This document shows, piece by piece, positions 47,844-56,232 of a stretch of DNA of 64,000 nt. The notes below the pieces were generated by a model. That model worked only from the letters and a program-made list of their open reading frames with translations, had not been told where the DNA came from and made no database searches. A program made the translations under genes and the position numbers. Each line of letters opens with the position of its first letter. The stretch's first letter is position 1. Source of the DNA: a virus. Location: IMG/VR virus record IMGVR_UViG_3300035670_000091; one strand, given 5' to 3'.

Positions 47844-48467
47844 CTAGCTTGTTTGCAGCAACCGCCTATACGTAATCGTGGAATGTTTTCCTGCAAACTT
47901 GCTGATTGAAGCAAGCTCAGTAGCATCACCACGACCGCCACCAGCGTGAATCATCGTGTCTGAGTCTACGTAGATGCCTACGTGATAAGCAGACTTTCTA
48001 CCGTTGTAAATAAATACGACGATGTCACCTGGCTTTGGTTCATTGACTTGTACGCCAGCGTGCTGTTGTTTAGACGCTCTGTGCTCTAACTCAATACCTA
48101 GCTCTCCATAGGCCCACACCACAAGGCCTGAGCAGTCCCATCCGCCAGGAGTAGACCCCGAGAATACGTAGCGAGTCTTACCTATACGGTCAGTGAGGAT
48201 GTTTAGGACACCGTTTACTCGAGCAGTGTTGTGCTCACGTAGCTGTTGTTCGGCTAGCTTTCTAGCACGGTCTTCAGCTTGTTTGGCTTCTATTTGTTCT
48301 TGCAGCGTCTGCTGCTCTGCGGCCTCTTCTATGTGGGCCAATAATGACGGGGAGTTGATAGTAGTCCGTTTAGGACTATGGACGGGCTCCGAATCTGCTG
48401 AGGCTGGACCTACACATGTAGTCAGACCTAGGAGAATGCTGCCCATCATCAATACGTGTTTCTTCAT
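47844..48467 (-). CDS. Secreted NlpC/P60 peptidoglycan hydrolase
   Basis: Signal peptide; GWDCSGLV (catalytic Cys), HVGIY, MIHA. Confidence 0.9.
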   Translation of the reverse strand: MKKHVLMMGSILLGLTTCVGPASADSEPVHSPKRTTINSPSLLAHIEEAAEQQTLQEQIEAKQAEDRARKLAEQQLREHNTARVNGVLNILTDRIGKTRYVFSGSTPGGWDCSGLVVWAYGELGIELEHRASKQQHAGVQVNEPKPGDIVVFIYNGRKSAYHVGIYVDSDTMIHAGGGRGDATELASISKFAGKHSTITYRRLLQTS

Positions 48468-48551
48468 TTAGCGACCTACCTTTCCTGATTGAGAGTAATT
48501 TCTCGGTCGTTTATTGTCGAATCGACATTGCTTATTCAGTTATGAGGCAAA

Positions 48552-48581
48552 ACCCTAGCATGGAATTTACTTTAAGTTCAA
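48552..48581 (-). promoter_or_regulatory. SigA-type promoter for the NlpC/P60 gene
   Basis: TTGAAC-N18-TAGGGT with TGn extension. Confidence 0.5.
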
Positions 48582-48599
48582 CTTGACAGCAAAAAAAGA

Positions 48600-49001
48600 T
48601 TAGTTTTCTTCAGACTCTACTCTGCGGCGATAAGTACGGTCTCGATGACAGTTTGCACAGACTATTTCGCATTTTTCAATCTCAGCTTTGATACGAGCTA
48701 AGTCAGTTGTGTGGCTTCTGAACTGTCCAATAGTGAACTCTTTTTCGGATAAATGGTCAAACTCTAGCTGCCAGTAGCGATAGGCGATACCGCACTCTAC
48801 GCAGTGCTGGTTATCTTTGACTCCAGCGATAAAGCGAGCTACTTTGGCTCGTTGGTCGTTCTGGCGCTTGTGTGTCTTTTCTTTTTGGCCTTCACCTAGA
48901 TAATAGGCAATAGTGCCTTTAGAGCACTTAAGTTGAGCTTGAATCTGGTCGTAGGTAGCCCCATGCTCTCGCAGAGCGATGATTTGTTCTCTGAGAGTCA
49001 T
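48600..49001 (-). CDS. HNH endonuclease with N-terminal HTH
   Basis: CVECG...LEFDHL...KCEIVCANCH. Confidence 0.85.
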   Translation of the reverse strand: MTLREQIIALREHGATYDQIQAQLKCSKGTIAYYLGEGQKEKTHKRQNDQRAKVARFIAGVKDNQHCVECGIAYRYWQLEFDHLSEKEFTIGQFRSHTTDLARIKAEIEKCEIVCANCHRDRTYRRRVESEEN

Positions 49002-49004
49002 AAG

Positions 49005-49178
49005 CTAAAACTTGGAGGAACCCCAGCCGTTACCTTTAAATATGGTGGCTCCAACGCCGAACAACTTAGTTCTAGGCGCATAACACTTTTCGCACAAGAT
49101 TTCAGGGGTGTGATTTATAGGGTGAGAGATTTCTGTTTTGGTATCGCACTTTTTGCAGTAGTACTCATAAACAGGCAT
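49005..49178 (-). CDS. FmdB-family zinc-ribbon protein (not in ORF track)
   Basis: Hand translation MPVYEYYCKKC...CEKC...IFKGNGWG; AAGGAG RBS. Confidence 0.85.
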   Translation of the reverse strand: MPVYEYYCKKCDTKTEISHPINHTPEILCEKCYAPRTKLFGVGATIFKGNGWGSSKF

Positions 49179-49297
49179 TCTTACTCCTTTGTAAATAGCG
49201 GTAGGGACAAGACCCAGAAGACGTAATTGAAGATTTTGTTAGGTTTATAGGTTAGTTGTTTTATTTTTACTTACCCTTGTCCCCACCACTATTCAGT

Positions 49298-49525
49298 TTA
49301 CTTAACTTCCTCGTTTTGGGACACAACCCCCTCAGAAGAAGTGTATTCAGAATACTCCAAAGCAGCTATGGCGTGATACGACACGCTGAAAAACTCAGCT
49401 GACTGTGGAAGCAAGTCGAGGACATATGCCCCGTCTTTGCCGTATGTCTGCTCCAAGTATTCCTGCAGAGCTGGACCGAACACCTCTACAAAACGACTTG
49501 GAGTCATATCTTTATTAATATTCAT
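49298..49525 (-). CDS. Hypothetical protein
   Basis: Coupled to hsp20. Confidence 0.55.
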   Translation of the reverse strand: MNINKDMTPSRFVEVFGPALQEYLEQTYGKDGAYVLDLLPQSAEFFSVSYHAIAALEYSEYTSSEGVVSQNEEVK

Positions 49526-50043
49526 TAGCTAATCTCAATCTGCTTAGGCTTCTTTTCTTCAGGAAGCTCAAGCTCTAGCTTAATGGTTAGTAGTCCGTCT
49601 TCAAGCTTGGCGCTCTTTACCTCAATGTACTCTGCAATAGCAAAGGTAGTGGTGAAGTTACGCTGAGCGATGCCGTGGTGGATTACCTGACCGAACTTGC
49701 CCTCTTCAGGGATGTCGTTGCGGTCTTCGATGTCTGAGCGCACCGTGAGCACACGGTCCTTTACAAACACCTCTACCTCGTCCTTCTTGAACCCAGCAAG
49801 AGCCATGGTGATGGTGTAGCTATCACCAGACTTAGTTAGGTTGTATGGAGGAAAGGAAGGCTTGTGCTGCGCTAGCTCTGTAAGGGTGTTGAATACAGAG
49901 TCATAGCCAATACCCCAACGGTCAATGTTAGGGAAGAGAGTGTAGATAGTAGCAGGCTTCTGGTCTACTGCTTTTGGTTTGGTTTTAGCAGGTGGATAGG
50001 TGTGGTCATTCCACGGCTGAATTTCAAATGGATTTCTGGACAT
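49525..50043 (-). CDS. hsp20: Small heat shock protein (Hsp20/IbpA family)
   Basis: FPPYNL, ITMALAGF, HHGIAQRNF...F.IAEY.EV..A.LEDGLL.I.L. Confidence 0.93.
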   Translation of the reverse strand: MSRNPFEIQPWNDHTYPPAKTKPKAVDQKPATIYTLFPNIDRWGIGYDSVFNTLTELAQHKPSFPPYNLTKSGDSYTITMALAGFKKDEVEVFVKDRVLTVRSDIEDRNDIPEEGKFGQVIHHGIAQRNFTTTFAIAEYIEVKSAKLEDGLLTIKLELELPEEKKPKQIEIS

Positions 50044-50175
50044 TGTATCTCCTTAGACGATACGTGCCTCGAGCATCCCTGCCCGAAGCACAGGTTGAGT
50101 TATGAACACCCAGTTGGCATGTTCGGTAACAGTATACAGGATTTTCAATAAATGAAGGTTATTGTTCGTTTAATG

Positions 50176-50214
50176 AAAATAGGGCCAGACGTGCCGCAGC
50201 AATGCGTCTGGCCC
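50176..50214 (-). terminator. Intrinsic terminator closing the tRNA transcript
   Basis: GGGCCAGACG/CGTCTGGCCC 10-bp stem followed by TATTTT. Confidence 0.75.
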
Positions 50215-50287
50215 CCAGTAAGTTCGTAGGGCTGCGACTTTAGGTGTTATATAACCCCAAGTCCGTTACGAAGGAACTTACTGTTTG

Positions 50288-50359
50288 CTCTCCCCCCTGG
50301 GGTCGAACCAGGAACCACCCGATTAACAGTCGGACGCTCTGCCATTGAGCTAGGGGAGA
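50288..50359 (-). tRNA. trnN: tRNA-Asn (GTT), CCA not encoded
   Basis: Full cloverleaf: TCTCCCC/GGGGAGA acceptor, GCTC/GAGC D-stem, CTGTTAA anticodon loop, CCTGG-TTCGACC-CCAGG T-arm, G discriminator. Confidence 0.95.
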
Positions 50360-50588
50360 AAGCAAACTCCCGACGAGTATTCCCATCAGGAGTTTCAGCC
50401 TTGCTCAAGACGCACCTCAGGCTGTGCGGTGTCAGACTACTACTCTAGAATTCATCTGAACGGCTGTGTGACCTACCCGAAGGTTATCAGGGACAGCTCC
50501 GTCGTCGTACTCTAACAGGCCCAAGGGCCTACCCTGACTACGCAGAATCAGGGCCTGTAATTATTAGTATAAATGAAAAAACTCATGT

Positions 50589-50930
50589 TTACTTATACAA
50601 GTTTAATTTGGCAGCATCTTCAATAGCCTCTTCACGACGCTGTCTCGCCTTGGACCTGTCCATAGCCTCGTCATACTTTTCTTGAAACATGTCCATAAGC
50701 ATAGTGACAGTGTCCTGGGCAAGCTGTAGCTCTTCCATTCTCTTTGTACGCTCACCAATAACGTCGCCAATGTAGTAGACAGCTTGCGTATCCTCTAGAC
50801 TGTTGCGTAGACGCTCCATAGCAGTCATGGTAATGTTGTGACAATCTGCCATGCCCTCCCAGTAAGCCTCGTAAGACTGGTCAGATAACTGCTTTAAGGT
50901 AAATACCTTTGGTTCTTTCTTAGTTGCCAT
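50589..50930 (-). CDS. Hypothetical protein
   Basis: AGGAG RBS. Confidence 0.7.
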   Translation of the reverse strand: MATKKEPKVFTLKQLSDQSYEAYWEGMADCHNITMTAMERLRNSLEDTQAVYYIGDVIGERTKRMEELQLAQDTVTMLMDMFQEKYDEAMDRSKARQRREEAIEDAAKLNLYK

Positions 50931-51344
50931 TTAGTTCTCCTTTAAGAGGTACTCTACTAGGTCAGGATTATCTCGCAAAATCATTAGTAGAGAGTTTTCC
51001 CAAATACCAATGAAGTGGTGCTCCCACTCTTCAAACTCGGCGTTCTTCTTTGGCTTTGTAGGGTTTTCAAACACCATACGAGCAGCGTGCATCACCTCAT
51101 GCAAAAGTGTTACACCTTTTTTGCTGTGGTGGATGTCTTTGTCAATAACGATTGTGTTATGGATGTCAAGAGTGTAGCCATAGCTGCCGTCGTTTAGCAT
51201 CCCATCTTCCTTGTGGGAGCGCTCAATTACCTCAAAGACCTGAGGACCGACTTTAATCTTCTTTGGCAGCATTCGGCTCTTTGATGTGGCAACGGCAGCT
51301 GCAGAGCGCCGTGGAGCCTTCTCCTGGGCAGTTTTCATGGTCAT
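50931..51344 (-). CDS. HExxH zinc metallopeptidase-like protein
   Basis: TLLHEVMHA with downstream EEH. Confidence 0.7.
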   Translation of the reverse strand: MTMKTAQEKAPRRSAAAVATSKSRMLPKKIKVGPQVFEVIERSHKEDGMLNDGSYGYTLDIHNTIVIDKDIHHSKKGVTLLHEVMHAARMVFENPTKPKKNAEFEEWEHHFIGIWENSLLMILRDNPDLVEYLLKEN

Positions 51345-51391
51345 TCATGCTACACCAGCCAAACATACCTGTCGTCCTTACTGCAGACCAT

Positions 51392-51604
51392 TCACTGGCC
51401 TTGGATGCGCTTGATTTCGTCCTTGATGTAGAAGATGGCTTTTTCAAGGTCTTGGATGTGGGTGTCTTCATTCTTAATACCTGCCCTCCACAGATACTTC
51501 ATCGCATTACCAATATTGTAGTTACGGTGTCTCAATACTGTAATAGCCTCTACGCCAGAGGGGTCGCTGGTGTAGTGAGGCGGGTGATTAACCATGTCAG
51601 TCAC
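51392..51604 (-). CDS. DUF3310 (SaV-like) protein
   Basis: DMVNHPPHY...EAI...GNAMKYLWRAG.K...DLEKA.FYI. Confidence 0.88.
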   Translation of the reverse strand: MTDMVNHPPHYTSDPSGVEAITVLRHRNYNIGNAMKYLWRAGIKNEDTHIQDLEKAIFYIKDEIKRIQGQ

Positions 51605-51795
51605 TTCTGCTCTCCTTTGATTAGTGCGATAACAGACTGAATAGGATTGTCATAATCCCAGCCTCTTGGATAATCATAAATACCCTCTAGCAGCTTGATA
51701 ATGCGTTCCTCCGCATCCTCCCAACCCCAGTCATAGCACTGGCGTTCCCACTTAGTCATTTGGTTTCTAGCAGCACTGTTAGTTGGTTTACTCAC
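51601..51795 (-). CDS. Small hypothetical protein (ERIIKLL...IALIKGEQK family)
   Basis: GTG start overlaps upstream stop; paralogue of next gene. Confidence 0.6.
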   Translation of the reverse strand: MSKPTNSAARNQMTKWERQCYDWGWEDAEERIIKLLEGIYDYPRGWDYDNPIQSVIALIKGEQK

Positions 51796-51821
51796 TTCTG
51801 CTCTCCTTTGATTAGTGCGAT
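51601..51821. repeat. 30-nt exact direct repeat (51601-51630, 51792-51821)
   Basis: tcacttctgctctcctttgattagtgcgat twice. Confidence 0.9.
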
Positions 51822-52004
51822 TAGCAAACCTAAGTGGTGCGGGGAAGTGCAAAGGTTTTCTGAATGGTGAGAGCCATCTAATACGCAGCTATGTTTCTCT
51901 AGCAGCTTAACAATTCGCTCTTGCTCATGTTCCGCCCCCTGGTCCCAGGTCTCAGCCTGCAGCCTGTACAAGCTTTCTGGAGTCAGTGTCTTTGGGTCTA
52001 TCAT
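51792..52004 (-). CDS. Small hypothetical protein (ERIVKLL...IALIKGEQK family)
   Basis: Paralogue of 51601-51795. Confidence 0.65.
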   Translation of the reverse strand: MIDPKTLTPESLYRLQAETWDQGAEHEQERIVKLLEKHSCVLDGSHHSENLCTSPHHLGLLIALIKGEQK

Positions 52005-52183
52005 GTCCAGTCATCCTCTCTGTAGTCCCAGACAAAGTCTTCTGGGTTACCTACAGTTCGAGTATAGTCGGAGCCACCGTCAATAGAGATAGCCCCACAG
52101 TTACATGATTTAAAATCGTGCCTATGCTCTGAACGAATAACGTCGTAGCATTTTGCACACATTACTTGTGGTCCTGGAGTCAT
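52001..52183 (-). CDS. Small Cys/His Zn-binding protein
   Basis: CAKC.D.I.S.HRHDF..C.CG.ISIDGG..Y.R; leaderless promoter. Confidence 0.75.
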   Translation of the reverse strand: MTPGPQVMCAKCYDVIRSEHRHDFKSCNCGAISIDGGSDYTRTVGNPEDFVWDYREDDWT

Positions 52184-52200
52184 GTCCAGATACTACCACT

Positions 52201-52623
52201 TTAGCGAGGGTCGTAGCCCCATTCGTGGATGGAGTTTCCATCATTCCACAGATGCTTAGCTGGCACCTTCTTAGAGATAATTCGGTACTGGCCCTGAAGA
52301 GTGCTCTCGCCATGCTGGATAGCGTACTCCCTAGTCGGGGTTACCCAGTCACCAGGGTTAATGGCAGCGTGGCGGGCAGTTGAGGGCACGGCACGGAAGA
52401 CGTGGACCATAGCGTCAGGTTTGTGGCGGAGAGAAGAGATTTGAGCGTGGGTGCCTACATCGAGGCGGTGGTATCCAGAGCCGTACCATTGACGGCCTTT
52501 GTCTGAATAGAAGTCTTCAGGGAACACCCCGACTGGACCAGCTACGTCATGGAACGGAGAACCGAAGTCGGAACTCGGCGCAACATGCGAGCCACGGTAG
52601 TCAGAAGTGTTATCTTTTGACAT
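52201..52623 (-). CDS. ADP-ribosyltransferase-fold-like domain protein
   Basis: FRAVP...INPGDWVT.TREYA..HG...I....VPA..L..DGNS..EWGY. Confidence 0.55.
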   Translation of the reverse strand: MSKDNTSDYRGSHVAPSSDFGSPFHDVAGPVGVFPEDFYSDKGRQWYGSGYHRLDVGTHAQISSLRHKPDAMVHVFRAVPSTARHAAINPGDWVTPTREYAIQHGESTLQGQYRIISKKVPAKHLWNDGNSIHEWGYDPR

Positions 52624-52708
52624 CGTGTTTAGCCTCACAGTCTCTTGCTAGTGATGGAACAGGAAATCTTTTCTTGCAAATCTTGCAGGTCCATTCGTTC
52701 TCATTCAT
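52610..52708 (-). CDS. 32-aa Zn-finger-like peptide MNENEWTCKICKKRFPVPSLARDCEAKHDVKR (not in ORF track)
   Basis: Hand translation; CxxC...C...H; overlaps next start. Confidence 0.55.
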   Translation of the reverse strand: MNENEWTCKICKKRFPVPSLARDCEAKHDVKR

Positions 52709-52887
52709 CTTTACTCAAGGTTAGAGCTTGACTCTGACTTTTTTGACCTAAATGCTCTGCTAACAATTTTTTGTGCACTTTTTGAAAAAAATGAAGTCAC
52801 ACAAGCCTCATAGAAGGCATAACTCAACTTAGTTAGGGTGATTGTATCAAAGTGGGGGGAAAACCCGCCAAAGTGGCGCACAAGGCC

Positions 52888-53124
52888 TTATTTCTTACCG
52901 TACTTGCCTTTAGGTGCTGGCTTACCCTCAAAAAGTGGAATATCACCAGGATATTGAGTCAAGTGGTCTGCACCAGCCATAATTTGGTGAAAAGTAGGAA
53001 AACTTTTTCCACCTTCTGGGTTTGCCTGCAAAAACTGACGTGATGCTTTCACTACTCTGTGGGCAAAGAGGTAGCCCTCTACTCCATCATTTGCCTTTGG
53101 TGGAATCCAATCGTGCTTTCCCAT
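52888..53124 (-). CDS. Hypothetical protein
   Basis: GGAAAGG RBS. Confidence 0.6.
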   Translation of the reverse strand: MGKHDWIPPKANDGVEGYLFAHRVVKASRQFLQANPEGGKSFPTFHQIMAGADHLTQYPGDIPLFEGKPAPKGKYGKK

Positions 53125-53169
53125 ACTTACCTTTCCAAAACGGCCCCGTATTTTTTCGGGCCCGAAGTT

Positions 53170-53703
53170 TTAGCGTGCGCCCTCAAACTGTTTGAAGTTG
53201 CCTGGATGAACATCCGATGGCATCCAACCACTGTGCTCCACAATACGATTGTCGATGTGCAGAGGAGCACCGACGTTAATCTTCTTACGGTCCCCTAAGT
53301 CGGCCCCTGTAGTTATGGCAACTGGCAAATGAGTTACCCCAGCCTTGATGGCTGCAGCGAGTCGGTGGTTACCTTCAACTAGTACACCCCACTTGTTCTT
53401 GTGGTCGTACTTCATCCATAGTGGCTCACGAATAGCTTGTGGCCCGCCTTCACGTAGTTCACCTGCAATTGATTCAATTGTCTGTGCGCTGTGCCCCATA
53501 CCTTGGCGGGTACGGTCATACTCGGAGAAATGAGCTAGAGAGCTGATTGGCACTAAGGCGGTGTGCTTGTCCCACTTGGCCCCTGGCTCATCTGCTGGAC
53601 GGTTAGTGCGCTCCCCTAATGCGTGATTGCGCCAGCCACCAATGTCAGCTTTGCCTTCTCCGTCATAGCTGGGGAACTGTGCGCCGATGTTATCTGGGTG
53701 CAT
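53170..53703 (-). CDS. ParB/Srx-like domain protein
   Basis: IREPL...LVEGNHRLAAA..AG...LPV. Confidence 0.75.
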   Translation of the reverse strand: MHPDNIGAQFPSYDGEGKADIGGWRNHALGERTNRPADEPGAKWDKHTALVPISSLAHFSEYDRTRQGMGHSAQTIESIAGELREGGPQAIREPLWMKYDHKNKWGVLVEGNHRLAAAIKAGVTHLPVAITTGADLGDRKKINVGAPLHIDNRIVEHSGWMPSDVHPGNFKQFEGAR

Positions 53704-54305
53704 TAGCGAACCTCGTTAGGTAGGTGTTCCTCGTGGTACTTCTCGTAACGCTTACGTGGGTTACCGTACGCACGGATGAATACGCCCTCACCTGGGTTTA
53801 GCGCCTCACCGCAGTGCTCGCACGTACCATCAAACGCATTTGCTCTAGGTACCTGAGTCTCTTTGGCCTTTTCGTATAGGCGCTGCTGCTTCTGGTATGC
53901 CCTATTGGTGTTGTAAGCAGTACGCTTTTGAGTCCTAGCCTGCATGTCTAGGTAGTCTTGGCCGACAATCTTTACAGGAACAGGCTTGTTAGGGAACAAG
54001 TGCAGAGCTACCGCTAGGCGGTGGTGGCCTTCGTGTACAAGAGGATTGCTTGGGTCAGCGTGGTTAAGCACGATTGGCTTAGACGAGTCAAAGCCCTTCT
54101 TCTTCATCTGATGCAATAGTCCACCGTCAAAGCCAGGGTTAGGAGAAAAAATGTTTAGCCCTGTAGGTCTTTTCGATGCTGATTCTAGGCTAGAGCGCAT
54201 AGCCTCTTCTTTATCGGTGTTAGGGTAGTCCCCCAGCCCGTGGGTAGCAAGAATCTGCTTAGGAGTCATGTGAGTTACCCCGTTAAACTGCTGTCCAAGT
54301 TCCAT
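53703..54305 (-). CDS. ParB/Srx-like domain protein with C-terminal Zn motif
   Basis: KPIVL...VHEGHHRLAVA...VPV; GTCEHCG...YHEEH. Confidence 0.7.
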   Translation of the reverse strand: MELGQQFNGVTHMTPKQILATHGLGDYPNTDKEEAMRSSLESASKRPTGLNIFSPNPGFDGGLLHQMKKKGFDSSKPIVLNHADPSNPLVHEGHHRLAVALHLFPNKPVPVKIVGQDYLDMQARTQKRTAYNTNRAYQKQQRLYEKAKETQVPRANAFDGTCEHCGEALNPGEGVFIRAYGNPRKRYEKYHEEHLPNEVR

Positions 54306-54511
54306 TACAGCTTCTCCACATTCGTACGGTGCATAGTTACATTCCTGGTTGCTCTGACATCAGAGTTCTGCCAAGTCCAGCACTCACCTGTGTCGTCCTG
54401 GAAGCATACCCACTGGATGTTGTGCTCTGGTCCCATGTCGATTAGGAAATGGGCTAGAGCAGAGCCTTTAGGCGTATAAAACGGTAGCGGCGGATTTAGC
54501 TGCAGAATCAT
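54305..54511 (-). CDS. Small conserved phage protein
   Basis: QLNPPLP..TPKG.ALAHF.ID.GPEH...WVCF....GECWTW.N..VRA..N.T..R. Confidence 0.7.
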   Translation of the reverse strand: MILQLNPPLPFYTPKGSALAHFLIDMGPEHNIQWVCFQDDTGECWTWQNSDVRATRNVTMHRTNVEKL

Positions 54512-54981
54512 CAGTCCACCTCCTTGACCTGACGGTCTTTAGGGTGCTTAACAAACACTTCGCCCTCATGAGGGTTTCCTATAGCCACAATATCGGACTT
54601 AGGTACTTGCCACTCATACGTTTTAGCAGGAGGAGTTTCCTGAAACGCTCTCCAAGACTTCCACCCAGGAATTAGAGACACGTTAGTAACGCCCTTCTTA
54701 GGCTCACCTGTGCGGCGAACCGTCACTGTGTCACCTACTCCTGAGCTAGTCAGCACATGTTGGATTGTGCGGTAGTGGTCCTCAGCGGTAGCGTCTCCCA
54801 TGTTCATCACATCTTGGATGTACTCTCTAGGGTAACGGTGCCCTCCCATAGTGGTTGGGTTACCGTGGATAAAGTGGTCCAGGGAAGGCTCGCTATTCAT
54901 TTGGCCCGCATAATACGGGTAATCATCTTCAGCGTTCTTTATGAACGAATGCAGATTGAAGTCTGCGTTATTTCTACCCAT
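54511..54981 (-). CDS. Possible ART-fold protein
   Basis: VTVRR.G...NVSL...YEW.VPKSDI..IG...EGEVFV. Confidence 0.45.
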   Translation of the reverse strand: MGRNNADFNLHSFIKNAEDDYPYYAGQMNSEPSLDHFIHGNPTTMGGHRYPREYIQDVMNMGDATAEDHYRTIQHVLTSSGVGDTVTVRRTGEPKKGVTNVSLIPGWKSWRAFQETPPAKTYEWQVPKSDIVAIGNPHEGEVFVKHPKDRQVKEVD

Positions 54982-55250
54982 TACTCGCCCCCTGCTAACC
55001 CTGTCACCCTGAAGCCATCCTTAGAGTGGTAGATACCGAACTCTTTTGCCGCTCCTGCTTGTCTGGTTACCTCACCCATTGGCTCTACCTTGTAAACATG
55101 CTTGCCATAACCAGCGGCTACGTCACGATTAGTAGAGGCATAGGCAACGTTAGCGTAGCTACGAGGCTCAACAATGTCGCCAACGCTGAAAGCGTGGTCA
55201 GAGCCATGAAAGAGCACGCTGTCCTTGAAGTGAGCGTTGCGGTTAGCCAT
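54981..55250 (-). CDS. Arr-like (rifampin ADP-ribosyltransferase fold) protein
   Basis: LFHGS...VGDIVEP...AYAST...A..YG.HVYKVEPMG; start MANRN overlaps upstream TGA. Confidence 0.6.
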   Translation of the reverse strand: MANRNAHFKDSVLFHGSDHAFSVGDIVEPRSYANVAYASTNRDVAAGYGKHVYKVEPMGEVTRQAGAAKEFGIYHSKDGFRVTGLAGGE

Positions 55251-55984
55251 CAGTACATCTTTCCGATGTGCTCTTGCAGCTTCTCGTGGTCGTACATGTT
55301 TCCGTACCACTCAGAGTGAATCTCGCCCAGTTCATCAATGTCGCCGTGGGCCTTGTACATGTAGGTAGAGTAGTCAGGGTGCTTAGGGCCTACCTTGGCT
55401 GCGGAGTCTAGGTAGTCGTGAGCAGACTCTACGTGGTGGCGTGCTAGCTCGTTGCCCTCGTCATCCATGCCGTTTTCAATCATCTTGGCGTGGAACTCGT
55501 TCAGGTGAGACTTCAGAGCAGGGATAGTAGTATCACGCATGCTCTCCCAGTTGCGGCTGCGGAAGTCGTGGTCCTCTACTACGTGATGCTCTTTTGGAAT
55601 TACTCCGCCTACAGCTCTGGCCCAGGCGTCTCCTGACTCGGTGCGGCTCTCGGAGTGCTTAGGAGCAGGAATGCTGTCGATGTCTTCGTGTAGCTCATGG
55701 CCAAACTTGTAAAGTTTGGTAGCTAGGCCTTGACGCCTCAGGTCCTCGTGCACCTCAATGTGCTGGATAGTGCCATCGTGGTCCAGGCCCATACTGCCGA
55801 CCATACGCTTGTTGCTGTCGTGCATCATGAAGTTGTGGGCAGAAGAGCCAAACCCCATAGCGCCGTGGTGGTAAGTGATTTCATGGGTACCAAGGTCATC
55901 TGTGGTCTTCCACGCCATAAGCTGCTTGTGCTTAGGGTTGTCGCCTACCTGGGCCTTAGTTGGGTCGTAGGATTCTTCATCCAT
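55250..55984 (-). CDS. GNAT acetyltransferase domain protein
   Basis: IQHIEVHEDLRRQGLATKLY (R/QxxGxA/G CoA motif). Confidence 0.8.
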   Translation of the reverse strand: MDEESYDPTKAQVGDNPKHKQLMAWKTTDDLGTHEITYHHGAMGFGSSAHNFMMHDSNKRMVGSMGLDHDGTIQHIEVHEDLRRQGLATKLYKFGHELHEDIDSIPAPKHSESRTESGDAWARAVGGVIPKEHHVVEDHDFRSRNWESMRDTTIPALKSHLNEFHAKMIENGMDDEGNELARHHVESAHDYLDSAAKVGPKHPDYSTYMYKAHGDIDELGEIHSEWYGNMYDHEKLQEHIGKMY

Positions 55985-56232
55985 TAGTACCGCCTAAACT
56001 GCTGTCCAATCATCTGGTCCATGCGTCTGCCTTGACCGTCAATTGGGTTGACCTGGTGCGCCCATGCCTTTAGCTGGTTGCGCTCTTCCTGGTCCAGCGT
56101 GTTCATCGGCTGGTTGTTTAGGTAGTTCTCGCCCTGGTGCATCCAAAGGCCTGGCACCTTACGCCCGTACGGACGAGGCTGGTGTGGCTCGATTGGGTCT
56201 TTGCACTCTTCACAATAAAACTGACTAGTCAT
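55984..56232 (-). CDS. Hypothetical protein
   Basis: FYCEEC...LWMH; ends IGQQFRRY. Confidence 0.55.
   Translation of the reverse strand: MTSQFYCEECKDPIEPHQPRPYGRKVPGLWMHQGENYLNNQPMNTLDQEERNQLKAWAHQVNPIDGQGRRMDQMIGQQFRRY

Noticed and set aside
48468-48550. c-di-AMP (ydaO) riboswitch upstream of NlpC/P60
   Set aside because: Only a CTGAAT fragment matches; the GGAACC/GGGG and CCCGAACCCG elements are missing and the leader is too short
50215-50287. Theta/HDV-like ribozyme in the tRNA 3' trailer
   Set aside because: No G+1 at the tRNA end, and too few nucleotides to build the P2/P3/L3 nested pseudoknot; it folds as a simple long hairpin
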